From positions 9,424,001 through 9,488,000 of the forward strand of contig CM119378.1 in the NCBI GenBank assembly GCA_051294905.1: 64,000 nucleotides of DNA, read 5' to 3'. The notes under the pieces are model-generated. The model saw nothing but the letters and a program-made list of their open reading frames with translations. It searched no databases and was not told where the DNA came from. This document shows positions 1-8,637 of the stretch, piece by piece. Positions within the stretch are counted from its first letter, which is position 1. Every line of letters begins with the position of its first letter. This DNA comes from Botryllus schlosseri (Eukaryota). The translations under genes and the position numbers were made by a program.

Positions 1-2
1 GG

Positions 3-953
3 ACCAGTTTTCTCATGCAGGTCTTTATTTTCGCCAGAGGACATTTCGCTCTGGATGTCAGTTGTAGTAGTCGCCATGCAACTATGGGCCGGATTCCTAT
101 CGTCATCCGGATAAGTGCATCCGCGAGAGTGTTCTGGACCAGTTTTCTCGTGCAGGTCCATCTTTACGCCAGCGGGGATTCCACGCTCGACGTCTTCCTT
201 AACGGTGTCAGCAGGCATTCCTGTCTCAACACCTATAGTTTCCCATGGGTTCTGTGTGACGTAAGTTGCTAATTTCAACTCGTCGCTCGCACCAGTGGTT
301 ATTTCCATCTCGGTACTCGCGCCAACGGCCATTTTCCGCTCCACGCTAAATTGGTTTGCAGCATCCATCAACCCATCGTTGGTTACAGTGTAGCTAGTAC
401 TGCTTCCAACTTCGGTTCCGTTACCTTGGTCATAATGATTCCCTTCGAGTAATGATGCTAAAGACAGCTCCTCATTTGCGTTAGACGGGGTTTTGAATTC
501 CGTAGTTACGCCTGGTAATTGTTGGACTTCCTCAATCCATTTCAGCCCTACGATATTAAGTGGGACTCCTGGTCCGGTTACAAATGGAACGGGCAGTCCA
601 CCAATATCAATCACTACAAAAGAGTCCACTTGGGACGAGCCACCTATTCCAGTTAATTCCATGTCTATTGGTTGACGTTTTTCCCAGCTTCGTGGATATT
701 TAGTTATAACGACCTTTTTCATTATCAAATTGGGGATGCTCCCCGTGTCAGCTAGGAATTTTGTACCAGTTGCTGTATCAATTAAATACAACAACTGGCC
801 TCCAAACAATTCCGTAAAGTCGGGCTGTAGGGGGTCATCCGGCATATCAAGAAATGTAAATAAGGGTAATGATGAGTTATGTACAGTTTTTGTATGTTGA
901 ATTATTAAATTGTCTGGGAGCTGATTCACCGGATCAATCAGCACCCCAAGGCG
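3..953 (-). CDS. pol: Retropepsin-type aspartic protease and start of Pol, in the -1 frame relative to gag; open to the window edge and missed by the ORF track
   Basis: Manual translation gives 317 codons without a stop: FLADTGSIPNLI (D-T-G at 749-741), flap-like LTGIGG, C-terminal NIVGLKWI. An acidic linker follows, with DLHEKTGP repeated at 45-aa spacing. Confidence 0.9.
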
Positions 954-959
954 TTTTTT
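916..959 (-). promoter_or_regulatory. -1 programmed ribosomal frameshift signal: slippery heptamer A AAA AAC (959-953), 6-nt spacer, hairpin (946-916)
   Basis: The heptamer is in the gag frame, 4 sense codons before the gag TGA, and a -1 slip lands in the protease frame. Hairpin GGG-U-GCUGAUU / AAUCAGC-U-CCC has 10 pairs, one U-U mismatch and a 9-nt loop. The same heptamer is used at MMTV and HTLV-1 gag-pro. Confidence 0.88.
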
Positions 960-3778
960 GAAAGTCGTATACCTTGATTCAGTTCCTCGTCCGTCCAATA
1001 TGAAGCATCATATTGACGCGGCCGATCATGATATTGAGGTTTCGTCCAGGCCACTTGGGTATTTCCCCCAGATGGACGTGCAGGTGGTCCATGAGGACCC
1101 CATTGATCCCTATCATGCCAGTGGGTTCTATCTCGGTTTTTTGGCCTGGTATCATAATAGGCTTCGCACAGAGCGGTCCTCTGTGTAAACGAGGGTGAAC
1201 CTTGAGCAGCCAGATATCGATCAAGTCCTTCAATTGTTAGTATGTTATTTCTCGCAAGGAACGGTTTCCAGTTTCGTTCTGCAGATTCTTTAACATGAGG
1301 GGGTACAGGTCGTGCTCGCCCACGAATTACCCATCCTAATTCCTCATCCCTAGCAAGAACCTTATCGTTTAGCCACAGTATGAACTTAGCCACGCAATTT
1401 CGGGATTGATGTCCCGGTGCCTTACAGTAGTAACAGACGGACAGGGATTGTCCCTGAGTGGGATTTAGATACAATCCTAGAGGAGCGAAAATATTCGGGT
1501 TTCCAAGAAAATTGTATCTCTCACCTTGACTATCCGCAATGTTGCGGGCTTCCTGGCTGCTGGACGGCGTAATTTGTGAGTTGTCTGCACCCATCCCGGA
1601 ATCTTGCGTATTCGCCACTCGCGGACTTCGGTTTGCGGTTTCCGGTCCTGGACTAGCGCGTGAAGATCTTGTTGTTCTTGTTGGCTGTCCGTTAGGTCTC
1701 GATGATGCGTTACGCCCATCCTGTTGGTGTACTGGCCTGGCCCTCGGGCCTTGTCCACGCCTACCAAATCCATTACCATTCATGATGCGGGTGGGGAATC
1801 GATTGTTGCGTGCTTTACGTTGAGGATTCCGACGTTGTAACGGTACCTGGTCTGCATTAGCAAGCTGACGCGGTGAGATCCCCCTAGGTGATCCAGGAGG
1901 TGTTGCCCCCCCAAAGTTATTCAGTGGTTGTAGGGGCGAGGGTGATTGTACCACCGGCGGTGGGGTGTCACCAGGTGGAGGAGGAGTGTTGAGCTGACTG
2001 TCCTCTCTTCCATGAGTGGGATAACTGTGCACTATTTGTCCTGCAGGTTGAACATTATAAATGTGTACTGGCGGCAATGACGGTTTTGTATCAAGGACTT
2101 CCTTTGTTTCCTGATACCTGGGGCGTGTCTCTTGTTCATCCAGGAACTCGGAGTTCCAAACAAGTTGTAGTTCCTCCGCAACGTCCCGCCAAGTTTTATC
2201 CTCTTCCCAGCCTCGCAACATCAGTCTGAGCGCTTCTGGAAGGCGTTGTCGTAAATTTCGGAAAAGACGTAATCCATCTGGATTATCCTCAATAAGACTA
2301 TCCATGTCTATTTCTAGTTGCTTCAAGGCGCTATTCAGCCGAGGTAGCGGCTCATCCTCCCAACGATAATTTCTGCGGAATTCTCCAATGATCTTTTCGT
2401 CATTTACCAAACCCTGGGGATTGGATAAGGAAAGAGATCGCATCACCGATTCCCACTCTGCTTCTCCCGAATTGGTATTAAAAAAATTTCCCAGTTGGGT
2501 AGCCTGTTTGTGTCGACCAGCAGCCCTCAATTTCTTCTGCAGTGCATTAGCCAAAATAACATCCACATCCGTATTTCCAGGACCGTGGCGTATTCTTCGC
2601 ATCGAATTCTCCATCCATTTTAGCAGTGGCATGTCACCAGGGTCCATCATTAGCTGAAGCATTTCTTTTTCTGATTGGATTTTAGCAGACACATTCAGCA
2701 ATGGGTCCGTAATACCGGAATAGCGGTGCGGCTGTTGTCGCCCTGACCTTTGGTTACGATCGTTAGGAGTAGAGGTAAAACGAGGCATATTTGGATAAGT
2801 TAGTTTGTTAGGTTGGCCCTCATTCGTATCTTCATCCGACAAATCTTCGGAACTTCGTGGCGACTTCCAAATTTCCCTTATTTCTCGAGCCAATACTCGC
2901 ATACGATCATCGTAATCGTCGTCTTTGGTGTCTTCCGCATCTTCTGTAGCATCACTCTGTTCTCTGAAGTTCACCCGTCGGGATTCGCCATCCGCACTTC
3001 CAGCTCGTCTTCGAGAATCCTTCTCCTTGTTACGACGTTCCTGCCATCCTCGATACCCCATATACTTATCTAAGGGGCTCTTTTTTGGTTTTGTCTCTAT
3101 TTGAGGCTCCCCATTTCTGAGGTCAATCAAGAAGGGATTAGTAGGTGTATATTTCTTTTGTTTGGCGCGTGCACCACTACCCACATGGAAACAAGGCGCC
3201 GTTCCCCTGTCGGTATCTGACAACGCGGTCGAGCCGGAAAGTGGTAGCTTAGGATAGACAGCCGTTACAGTATGACAATCCAAACCTTTGCGAACCGTCA
3301 TGGTTGGCCCTGGTGTTACGTCCCGTATTCGCTGCTCAGAGAGAGGAACGTAAGCTGGTGGGTCATCTTCCGGTGCATTTGGAGATACTGTCAAAACGGG
3401 AGATTGAATGCTATCTCGTGTAGCCTGTGCATGTGACTTTCCGAGCTCAAATTCTGAAGTAAGGATGTCATTCAGCGCGTCGGTGGAGACCTTCCCGCTG
3501 ACTTTTGTTGTGGCATCACAAACAGCTTTGAGGTCTGCTTGAGCTTTTCGAACCTCTTTCTTTGCCTTTTCTAACCCTTTCATGGTTTCCGGCAGAGCTG
3601 TCTTTACCTCTTTCAATAGCTCTGTTTGTTCAGCCACGTCCTTAGCCAGTTGTCTTTCTTGTCGCCGGACATCTTCATGGCGTTTTTGTGTAGCTTTAAG
3701 CAAGGTAATCCCTTGTTTGAGTTCGTCTGTTGCTTCTGACGGCTTTTTCCTTTTGAATGCTTTCAACATCCTTCGCAT
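938..3778 (-). CDS. gag: Gag polyprotein, 946 aa
   Basis: Basic N-terminus and coiled coil; PPAY (3350-3361) and YPKL (3245-3256) motifs; helical capsid-like region (LRQRLPEALRLML...TWRDVAEELQLVW); Pro/Arg-rich linker; CX2CX4HX4C knuckle CYYCKAPGHQSRNC (1394-1435). Lies downstream of a PBS and upstream of a protease. Confidence 0.92.
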   Translation of the reverse strand: MRRMLKAFKRKKPSEATDELKQGITLLKATQKRHEDVRRQERQLAKDVAEQTELLKEVKTALPETMKGLEKAKKEVRKAQADLKAVCDATTKVSGKVSTDALNDILTSEFELGKSHAQATRDSIQSPVLTVSPNAPEDDPPAYVPLSEQRIRDVTPGPTMTVRKGLDCHTVTAVYPKLPLSGSTALSDTDRGTAPCFHVGSGARAKQKKYTPTNPFLIDLRNGEPQIETKPKKSPLDKYMGYRGWQERRNKEKDSRRRAGSADGESRRVNFREQSDATEDAEDTKDDDYDDRMRVLAREIREIWKSPRSSEDLSDEDTNEGQPNKLTYPNMPRFTSTPNDRNQRSGRQQPHRYSGITDPLLNVSAKIQSEKEMLQLMMDPGDMPLLKWMENSMRRIRHGPGNTDVDVILANALQKKLRAAGRHKQATQLGNFFNTNSGEAEWESVMRSLSLSNPQGLVNDEKIIGEFRRNYRWEDEPLPRLNSALKQLEIDMDSLIEDNPDGLRLFRNLRQRLPEALRLMLRGWEEDKTWRDVAEELQLVWNSEFLDEQETRPRYQETKEVLDTKPSLPPVHIYNVQPAGQIVHSYPTHGREDSQLNTPPPPGDTPPPVVQSPSPLQPLNNFGGATPPGSPRGISPRQLANADQVPLQRRNPQRKARNNRFPTRIMNGNGFGRRGQGPRARPVHQQDGRNASSRPNGQPTRTTRSSRASPGPETANRSPRVANTQDSGMGADNSQITPSSSQEARNIADSQGERYNFLGNPNIFAPLGLYLNPTQGQSLSVCYYCKAPGHQSRNCVAKFILWLNDKVLARDEELGWVIRGRARPVPPHVKESAERNWKPFLARNNILTIEGLDRYLAAQGSPSFTQRTALCEAYYDTRPKNRDRTHWHDRDQWGPHGPPARPSGGNTQVAWTKPQYHDRPRQYDASYWTDEELNQGIRLSKNALGC

Positions 3779-3786
3779 CGTCCTTC

Positions 3787-4056
3787 CTATTGACTGGAGA
3801 AGGTACTGTTGACAGAAGTTATTAGATCAGGTGAAGATATGTTAAAATGGATTGTAGATCCTTGCGGCGTAATCGTGGGAGGAACGTAAGCAGTAGATGC
3901 GCTGCTGTTGGATCCCAAAAATACGTTCAATAGATTAGAAAGCGCTCCAGGCGATACGTGCAGATAGATTGCTGCCAATATAATCAGGAGAGATATAGAA
4001 GATGAAAGCAAGGATACGACAAGTACAAGTTTTACGATGGTCGTCTTAGAAAGCAT
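3787..4056 (-). CDS. 89-aa upstream ORF between PBS and gag; predicted signal-anchored glycopeptide
   Basis: ATG start, ~25-aa hydrophobic N-terminal stretch, three N-X-S/T sequons (NSS, NIS, NST). It is the first AUG after the SL copy and stops 8 nt before the gag ATG. Confidence 0.65.
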   Translation of the reverse strand: MLSKTTIVKLVLVVSLLSSSISLLIILAAIYLHVSPGALSNLLNVFLGSNSSASTAYVPPTITPQGSTIHFNISSPDLITSVNSTFSSQ

Positions 4057-4086
4057 CGATTGGTCAACGTCTGAACACCGGAAGTA

Positions 4087-4104
4087 TCCCCGTACTGGCC
4101 ACCA
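4087..4104 (-). promoter_or_regulatory. Primer-binding site complementary to the 3' end of tRNA-Ile(AAU)
   Basis: Minus strand reads TGGTGGCCAGTACGGGGA(T). This is complementary to ...ATCCCCGTACTGGCCA+CCA of metazoan cytoplasmic tRNA-Ile as I recall it, and includes the non-templated CCA. Located 30 nt upstream of the first ORF. Confidence 0.9.
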
Positions 4105-4354
4105 ATTTTGTTTTTATAGTGCAGCTCCACAACGATTGTTATGCGAGTAGTCCACACTTGTTCGGGTTACTTCCTAGTAAAGCGTTGCCTTTCGTTTGCT
4201 TTAGTATCCTGACGACGTCTGTAAATGGTGATTGGAGCAACAACAGTTGTAGGATTGTTTCTTCTCAAGTTGACAATGACCCTGGGGTCCAGAATTTTAA
4301 TCTACCTTTATCTACTGATAATCTATAAGCTTTAATACAACCAAATACTCCAAT
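4105..4354 (-). other. Putative R/U5 part of the 5' LTR
   Basis: 250 nt between the SL copy and the PBS, with no AUG, two ATTAAA hexamers, and an end of ...AAAACAAAAT abutting the PBS. Boundaries cannot be confirmed without the second LTR. Confidence 0.5.
4330..4354 (-). other. Genome-encoded copy of the stolidobranch ascidian spliced leader
   Basis: ATTGGAGTATTTGGTTGTATTAAAG versus the 24-nt Halocynthia-type SL ATTGGAGTATTTGGTTGTATTAAG (recalled from memory), differing by one inserted A. Not followed by a GT donor. Confidence 0.8.
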
Positions 4355-4365
4355 CAGTTAATTGC

Positions 4366-4427
4366 GCAGACGGAAATGTGGTAACTCCATGCAAAACTTG
4401 GTTAAAATTGGCATACACATCATCCAT
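4366..4427 (-). promoter_or_regulatory. Promoter-like block, copy 1 (upstream of SL/PBS/gag)
   Basis: ~62-bp block duplicated at 5750-5810 (gcagacggaaatg.ggtaactc.atg.aaaact...ttaaa.ttggcatacac.tcat.cat); contains an ETS-like CGGAAAT. Confidence 0.55.
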
Positions 4428-5244
4428 CAATTATAACACAAGGCATGGTTTAACCTATACATCATCATACACAATTAACAAACATTTTCAATACTCCAAG
4501 GTTTGTTTTCGCATATAATTGATGCGACGGCCTTTCCTGCCGTAAATATCAATACATTTCAAATATCAATTCCTATTCATCATAATATTCTTCAGTATAC
4601 TTGCGATTATAATGTTTCAATCAATTATAACATATCAACATTAAGGACGTCATGTCTTCAGTGCAATTAAAATCACTATGATCCTCTTAATCGGACCGCA
4701 TGATACTACCCTTAACTAAGATGCCACTTAATACAGGCATTGCAGATTGTTCAAACAGGTTTTAGTGTTCATTATTTAGTTAATTTAATGGTTTAGTTGT
4801 TCAAGATTTTATAAGATTTTATATTGTTTTTCATTAATTATTTATTTAGCCTATAATAAGGGTTCGCACCGTAAACTTCGGATTTTGTTTCCCTAAAACT
4901 AGGGCTTCAATCCCTAGGGTCCTGCTTAAAAATAAGGGCGTAGCAGTGTATAACGCCTTATATACATACTGTAGGGATGACGAGGCCCCACAGTATTAAA
5001 TTCATTCGCAGTTAGCAAAACAGCAATAATCCGTACAAACTGTAAAACATTTCTGAATATAGGTTGACCAAACCATTCAATAAACCGTGAACGTGACGGA
5101 ATCAATTTTCTGTGCAACAAAATACAATAAAATGACTCTATGCAAGACGCAATAGAGATTCTTGACCATTCTATATTCCGTAGGTCAGTTATAACACTTT
5201 ATATACATACATGAAAACAATAGCATTCCTGGGCTTAATATTTC

Positions 5245-5694
5245 TCATTGAACTAAGACATCTATAGTATCCTCAGGATAAAAGGGTTCCGTAGATTCGG
5301 CTTGTTCCTTCACCCATTCATCCGTGATCAAATTTTCCATAGGATGCATTCGAGCCATATAGTTGAACCACAAAAGTTTAGCCTTTTCATAATTTCCAGA
5401 GGCCATGTCTCTTATCATTTTATGGTTTTCTAGTATTCCTTGGTAGTCAATAACAAGGGGCTTCTCATCAGAAAGAGTTTCTTTAATTCGTTTGAAAAAA
5501 CATTTCAATCCAAGTTTGATATATTTGGGCGGGGTCCTTGACCATTCGTACCATCTATGAGAGGGGGGCATTCTTGCTTCATATCGTTCTTTGAATAACC
5601 AAAAATAAAAGATCAAATCTTGTTCCGCCACATTAGATCCAACTAGTTTGGTGACATCAACATCACCTTTATCATTTACTTCAGCGTTATTCAT
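5245..5694 (-). CDS. Accessory protein, family A (149 aa), unknown function
   Basis: Intact ATG ORF; motif H..I......NYEKAKLLW....RMHP.....DEW shared with three neighbours; closest to 7652-8047. Confidence 0.8.
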   Translation of the reverse strand: MNNAEVNDKGDVDVTKLVGSNVAEQDLIFYFWLFKERYEARMPPSHRWYEWSRTPPKYIKLGLKCFFKRIKETLSDEKPLVIDYQGILENHKMIRDMASGNYEKAKLLWFNYMARMHPMENLITDEWVKEQAESTEPFYPEDTIDVLVQ

Positions 5695-5749
5695 ACTTTT
5701 AATTTTTCTGAAAGCAATTAATCATCCAGTTAAGGTTCTATTTGGTCAT

Positions 5750-5810
5750 GCAGACGGAAATGGGGTAACTCAATGTAAAACTCAATTAAATTGGCATACA
5801 CGTCATACAT
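5750..5810 (-). promoter_or_regulatory. Promoter-like block, copy 2 (upstream of a family A gene)
   Basis: Aligns with 4366-4427; contains CGGAAAT and a CRE-like TGACGT. Confidence 0.55.
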
Positions 5811-5860
5811 GATTAATAGACATTCAACCTAGCAAAAAATACAATATACAATCCAGGCAT

Positions 5861-6316
5861 TCATTGTTCATAATCACATCCATTATATTTCATTTTATGT
5901 ATCAGTATAGCAGCTCTAACATCAGAGGGAAAAGTATCATTAAAGAGTTTATCATTGGTATAAATACAAAATCCGTTTCTATCAGAACAAGGCATTCTTT
6001 CTAGTACCCATTCTTCAGGTACAACATCCGAAGCAGGATGTAATCCAACACAGAAGACAAACCAACAAAACTTTGCATGTTCGTAATTTTCAAACAGTAT
6101 CATGCGGGCGATGGCTAAATGCTTTTTGTATAGCGCATCAAACAGTTTGTCGGATACTCTCAGGTTGCAAATCCTCAAGTAAGGTGTCATAAATATCTCC
6201 AGTTCATCCCGTGTGGTTGCAGCCCATCTGCTGAAGTCTTTGTGTTCATATTTCTTCTCAAAGGAATCGAAGAAAACGTCAAGTTCATGCTTTACTCTAG
6301 CAATTTTATCACCCAT
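5861..6316 (-). CDS. Accessory protein, family A (151 aa)
   Basis: HLAIARMILFENYEHAKFCW...LHPASDVVPEEW; closest to 8053-8508. Confidence 0.8.
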   Translation of the reverse strand: MGDKIARVKHELDVFFDSFEKKYEHKDFSRWAATTRDELEIFMTPYLRICNLRVSDKLFDALYKKHLAIARMILFENYEHAKFCWFVFCVGLHPASDVVPEEWVLERMPCSDRNGFCIYTNDKLFNDTFPSDVRAAILIHKMKYNGCDYEQ

Positions 6317-6452
6317 ATTTTCTTAATATAGAGAATTTTACGTTGATTATTGGACCGGAAACTTTTCTTACTGACATTTTTAACACATATAAGTATAACA
6401 ACACTTCCAAAATATTCAATAATTGTGATGAGCATACTGGATGCATAGTAAT

Positions 6453-6908
6453 TTACTTAGCATACATATCAGTCCAGTTTCTTGCCGTTCTTTGATAGCA
6501 ATCATAGTCATCCCTATACAGTCTAGCGCTCTCAACATCCATTGGATCTTCTGGATTAGGGGAAGCCAATAATGACGAAATCGAGACCAATACTTTTCCC
6601 AACGTTAAAGCGGGTGACCATTCATTTGCAAGAATGTCAATACATATGGTACCCTTACGGCTTATATTCGGATGGAAAATCTTGGTTTCAAATTTGATCT
6701 TCGGAGGCTTGAATGGATATTCCGTTGGAAATTCAATTCTAAGAAGAAATGTTCCTTTTTCATATGGTGTTTTTGGTGGTCCTCGCAAAAGTGCTTGCCA
6801 AACATAGATATCCGACTCGTCCAATGGCCCTGCTTGCAAAATTACAGGATTTGTTCGTATTTCTTGATTAATTTTTCGCCGTTCAACGTATAATCTATGT
6901 TTTGCCAT
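6453..6908 (-). CDS. Ubiquitin-conjugating enzyme E2 (UBC4/UBE2D-like), intronless
   Basis: FPTEYPFKPP, HPN motif, and catalytic Cys in FHPNISRKGTICIDIL...WSPAL. The ATG is at 6908; the ORF track start at 6932 is a TTG. Confidence 0.95.
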   Translation of the reverse strand: MAKHRLYVERRKINQEIRTNPVILQAGPLDESDIYVWQALLRGPPKTPYEKGTFLLRIEFPTEYPFKPPKIKFETKIFHPNISRKGTICIDILANEWSPALTLGKVLVSISSLLASPNPEDPMDVESARLYRDDYDCYQRTARNWTDMYAK

Positions 6909-6968
6909 TCGATGCAGACTTATACTATCCAATAAAACTTACACACATAAAAGAAAAGGGGAACATCA

Positions 6969-7493
6969 CTAATTCAATCGTTTATCCATAGCGTACATGT
7001 CACGTGAAAATCCGGCAATAGTTCTGCTAGTAATGTTCCAATCTTCATCAACATTAGCTATAGCCAATACATATCGTAGAAATAAGTACAAATAGTACGC
7101 AGGACTTTCTCCAAAGTTTTCTTCCACAATGCGCTCCAGTACTTTTTTTGCGCATTCCAATTGTTCCGCCACCTCATGGTCCCGGTATAACCAGACAAGA
7201 AAATCTTTCAATACATACTCCATGTCATTGGCTGTCAACTTCGGAAAGTTTTCTATTCTTTCTTTTATTCGTTCATGTACAACTCCCATCTTTAGCCAAG
7301 CAACTCTGCTGTCAGGTATCGTAGGGTATAGACACTGTCTGAACTTGTTCCGATTCAATTCCTTCTTCTGGGGATCTTTAGGCACATACTCATACTTTTC
7401 ATGATTAACTTCCAACATGTCACAATCAAAGATCAAATAAATTATTAGTGTCTTAAAATTCCTTACACAAAAAACCCAAACATTATTAAACAT
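6969..7493 (-). CDS. Accessory protein (174 aa), unknown
   Basis: Intact ATG ORF inside the array with an SL-like relic 9 nt upstream; no recognised domain. Confidence 0.7.
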   Translation of the reverse strand: MFNNVWVFCVRNFKTLIIYLIFDCDMLEVNHEKYEYVPKDPQKKELNRNKFRQCLYPTIPDSRVAWLKMGVVHERIKERIENFPKLTANDMEYVLKDFLVWLYRDHEVAEQLECAKKVLERIVEENFGESPAYYLYLFLRYVLAIANVDEDWNITSRTIAGFSRDMYAMDKRLN

Positions 7494-7651
7494 TCAACGA
7501 ATCTTAATCAGCAAACCAACTTAATTACACACATAAAAGTTTTTAATTCTAGTTGTTATATTAGATATAGTACATGGTTTTTGAAATCACAAAGTTCTTT
7601 ATATCCAATTGATATAGTGGAAAATTTGATGCATTATATGTATCATTTCAG

Positions 7652-8047
7652 TTAATCATCTTTCAAACATCCTTTTATCCATTGTTCTGAAAAGTTCTCC
7701 TTCATGGGATGCATACGAACAATATGTTGGTACCAAAGAAATTTGGCTTCCTTATAGTTTCCCAGTGTAATAATTGCAATCCTATTATGTTCTTTGATAG
7801 CAGCATGATAACCCAGAGCCTTGCCTTGCGGAGATAATGCACTCCCGTAAACTTTGTCAACATACAGCTTCAGCATTCCAACAATGTCATTGGGTCTTGT
7901 CATAGCCCATCTTTGCCATCTGTCGGAAATTTCCACATCTTCTTCATAATATTTACAGAACATGTCAAAATAATATTTCAAGTCGCACACTGCAGATTCA
8001 TATCCCATTCGCAATGATTCCTGGTTACTTCTATTTCTTTGAGACAT
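7652..8047 (-). CDS. Accessory protein, family A (131 aa)
   Basis: HNRIAIITLGNYKEAKFLW...RMHPMKENFSEQW. Confidence 0.8.
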   Translation of the reverse strand: MSQRNRSNQESLRMGYESAVCDLKYYFDMFCKYYEEDVEISDRWQRWAMTRPNDIVGMLKLYVDKVYGSALSPQGKALGYHAAIKEHNRIAIITLGNYKEAKFLWYQHIVRMHPMKENFSEQWIKGCLKDD

Positions 8048-8052
8048 TCTTC

Positions 8053-8508
8053 TTAATCGTGTAATATAACAATTTTCGAACAGGCGTCTTCTAAAATCGG
8101 AATAGCAACAGTTTCAAATTCTCGAGCATTCAGAAGTAATGTTGCAGAATCTTTTAATTCCATTTGTGGTAATCTTTCATCCAGAAATTCTTCTGGTAGA
8201 TACTTATGAGCCGGATGTAATTTTAGAACAAGTCCAAACCATGTATATTGGGCCAGATCAAAATCTTTTGTAACAAAAACGCGAGCAATATCACTATGTG
8301 CGTCATAAAGCTTATCAAAAAGCTTTTCTGTCACATTCGCAAAACAATGATGAAGGTATTTCTTTATTAATTTTTTGAATTTTTCCTTTGGGGTATTTTT
8401 CCATATCTCAAAATTTTGATGATGGTATTCCTGTTCAAACTCATCATAGTATTCATTAATTTGTTTCTTGGCTAGCGTAATTTCCCAATTCTCTAATACT
8501 CTAGTCAT
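8053..8508 (-). CDS. Accessory protein, family A (151 aa)
   Basis: HSDIARVFVTKDFDLAQYTW...LHPAHKYLPEEF; an SL-like relic directly abuts the ATG. Confidence 0.8.
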   Translation of the reverse strand: MTRVLENWEITLAKKQINEYYDEFEQEYHHQNFEIWKNTPKEKFKKLIKKYLHHCFANVTEKLFDKLYDAHSDIARVFVTKDFDLAQYTWFGLVLKLHPAHKYLPEEFLDERLPQMELKDSATLLLNAREFETVAIPILEDACSKIVILHD

Positions 8509-8637
8509 CTTAATACAGAATAAAATACTTTAAAATCATATGTTCAATTTTACGCGCAAAAGTAACTAGTAACGTTATGCATTATACATATGCATCAAGA
8601 GCATTCATGCCACAAAATAATAGTCCTGCCTGCTCCA

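Noticed and set aside
4086-4104. tRNA-Ile gene
   Set aside because: Only the 3'-terminal 19 nt match and they include CCA, which eukaryotic tRNA genes do not encode. This is a PBS.
4112-4118. TATA box (TATAAAA on the minus strand)
   Set aside because: It would place the start site at or beyond the PBS, which is incompatible with a genomic RNA. The AUG-free leader points to a start near 4354.
4330-4354. SL RNA gene
   Set aside because: No GT donor follows the leader (the next bases are CTTATAG) and I see no Sm-site-bearing intron portion.
6322-8515. Baculovirus-type late promoters (TAAG) before several ATGs
   Set aside because: No viral RNA polymerase genes are present, and the TAAG motifs are better explained as the 3' ends of SL relics.
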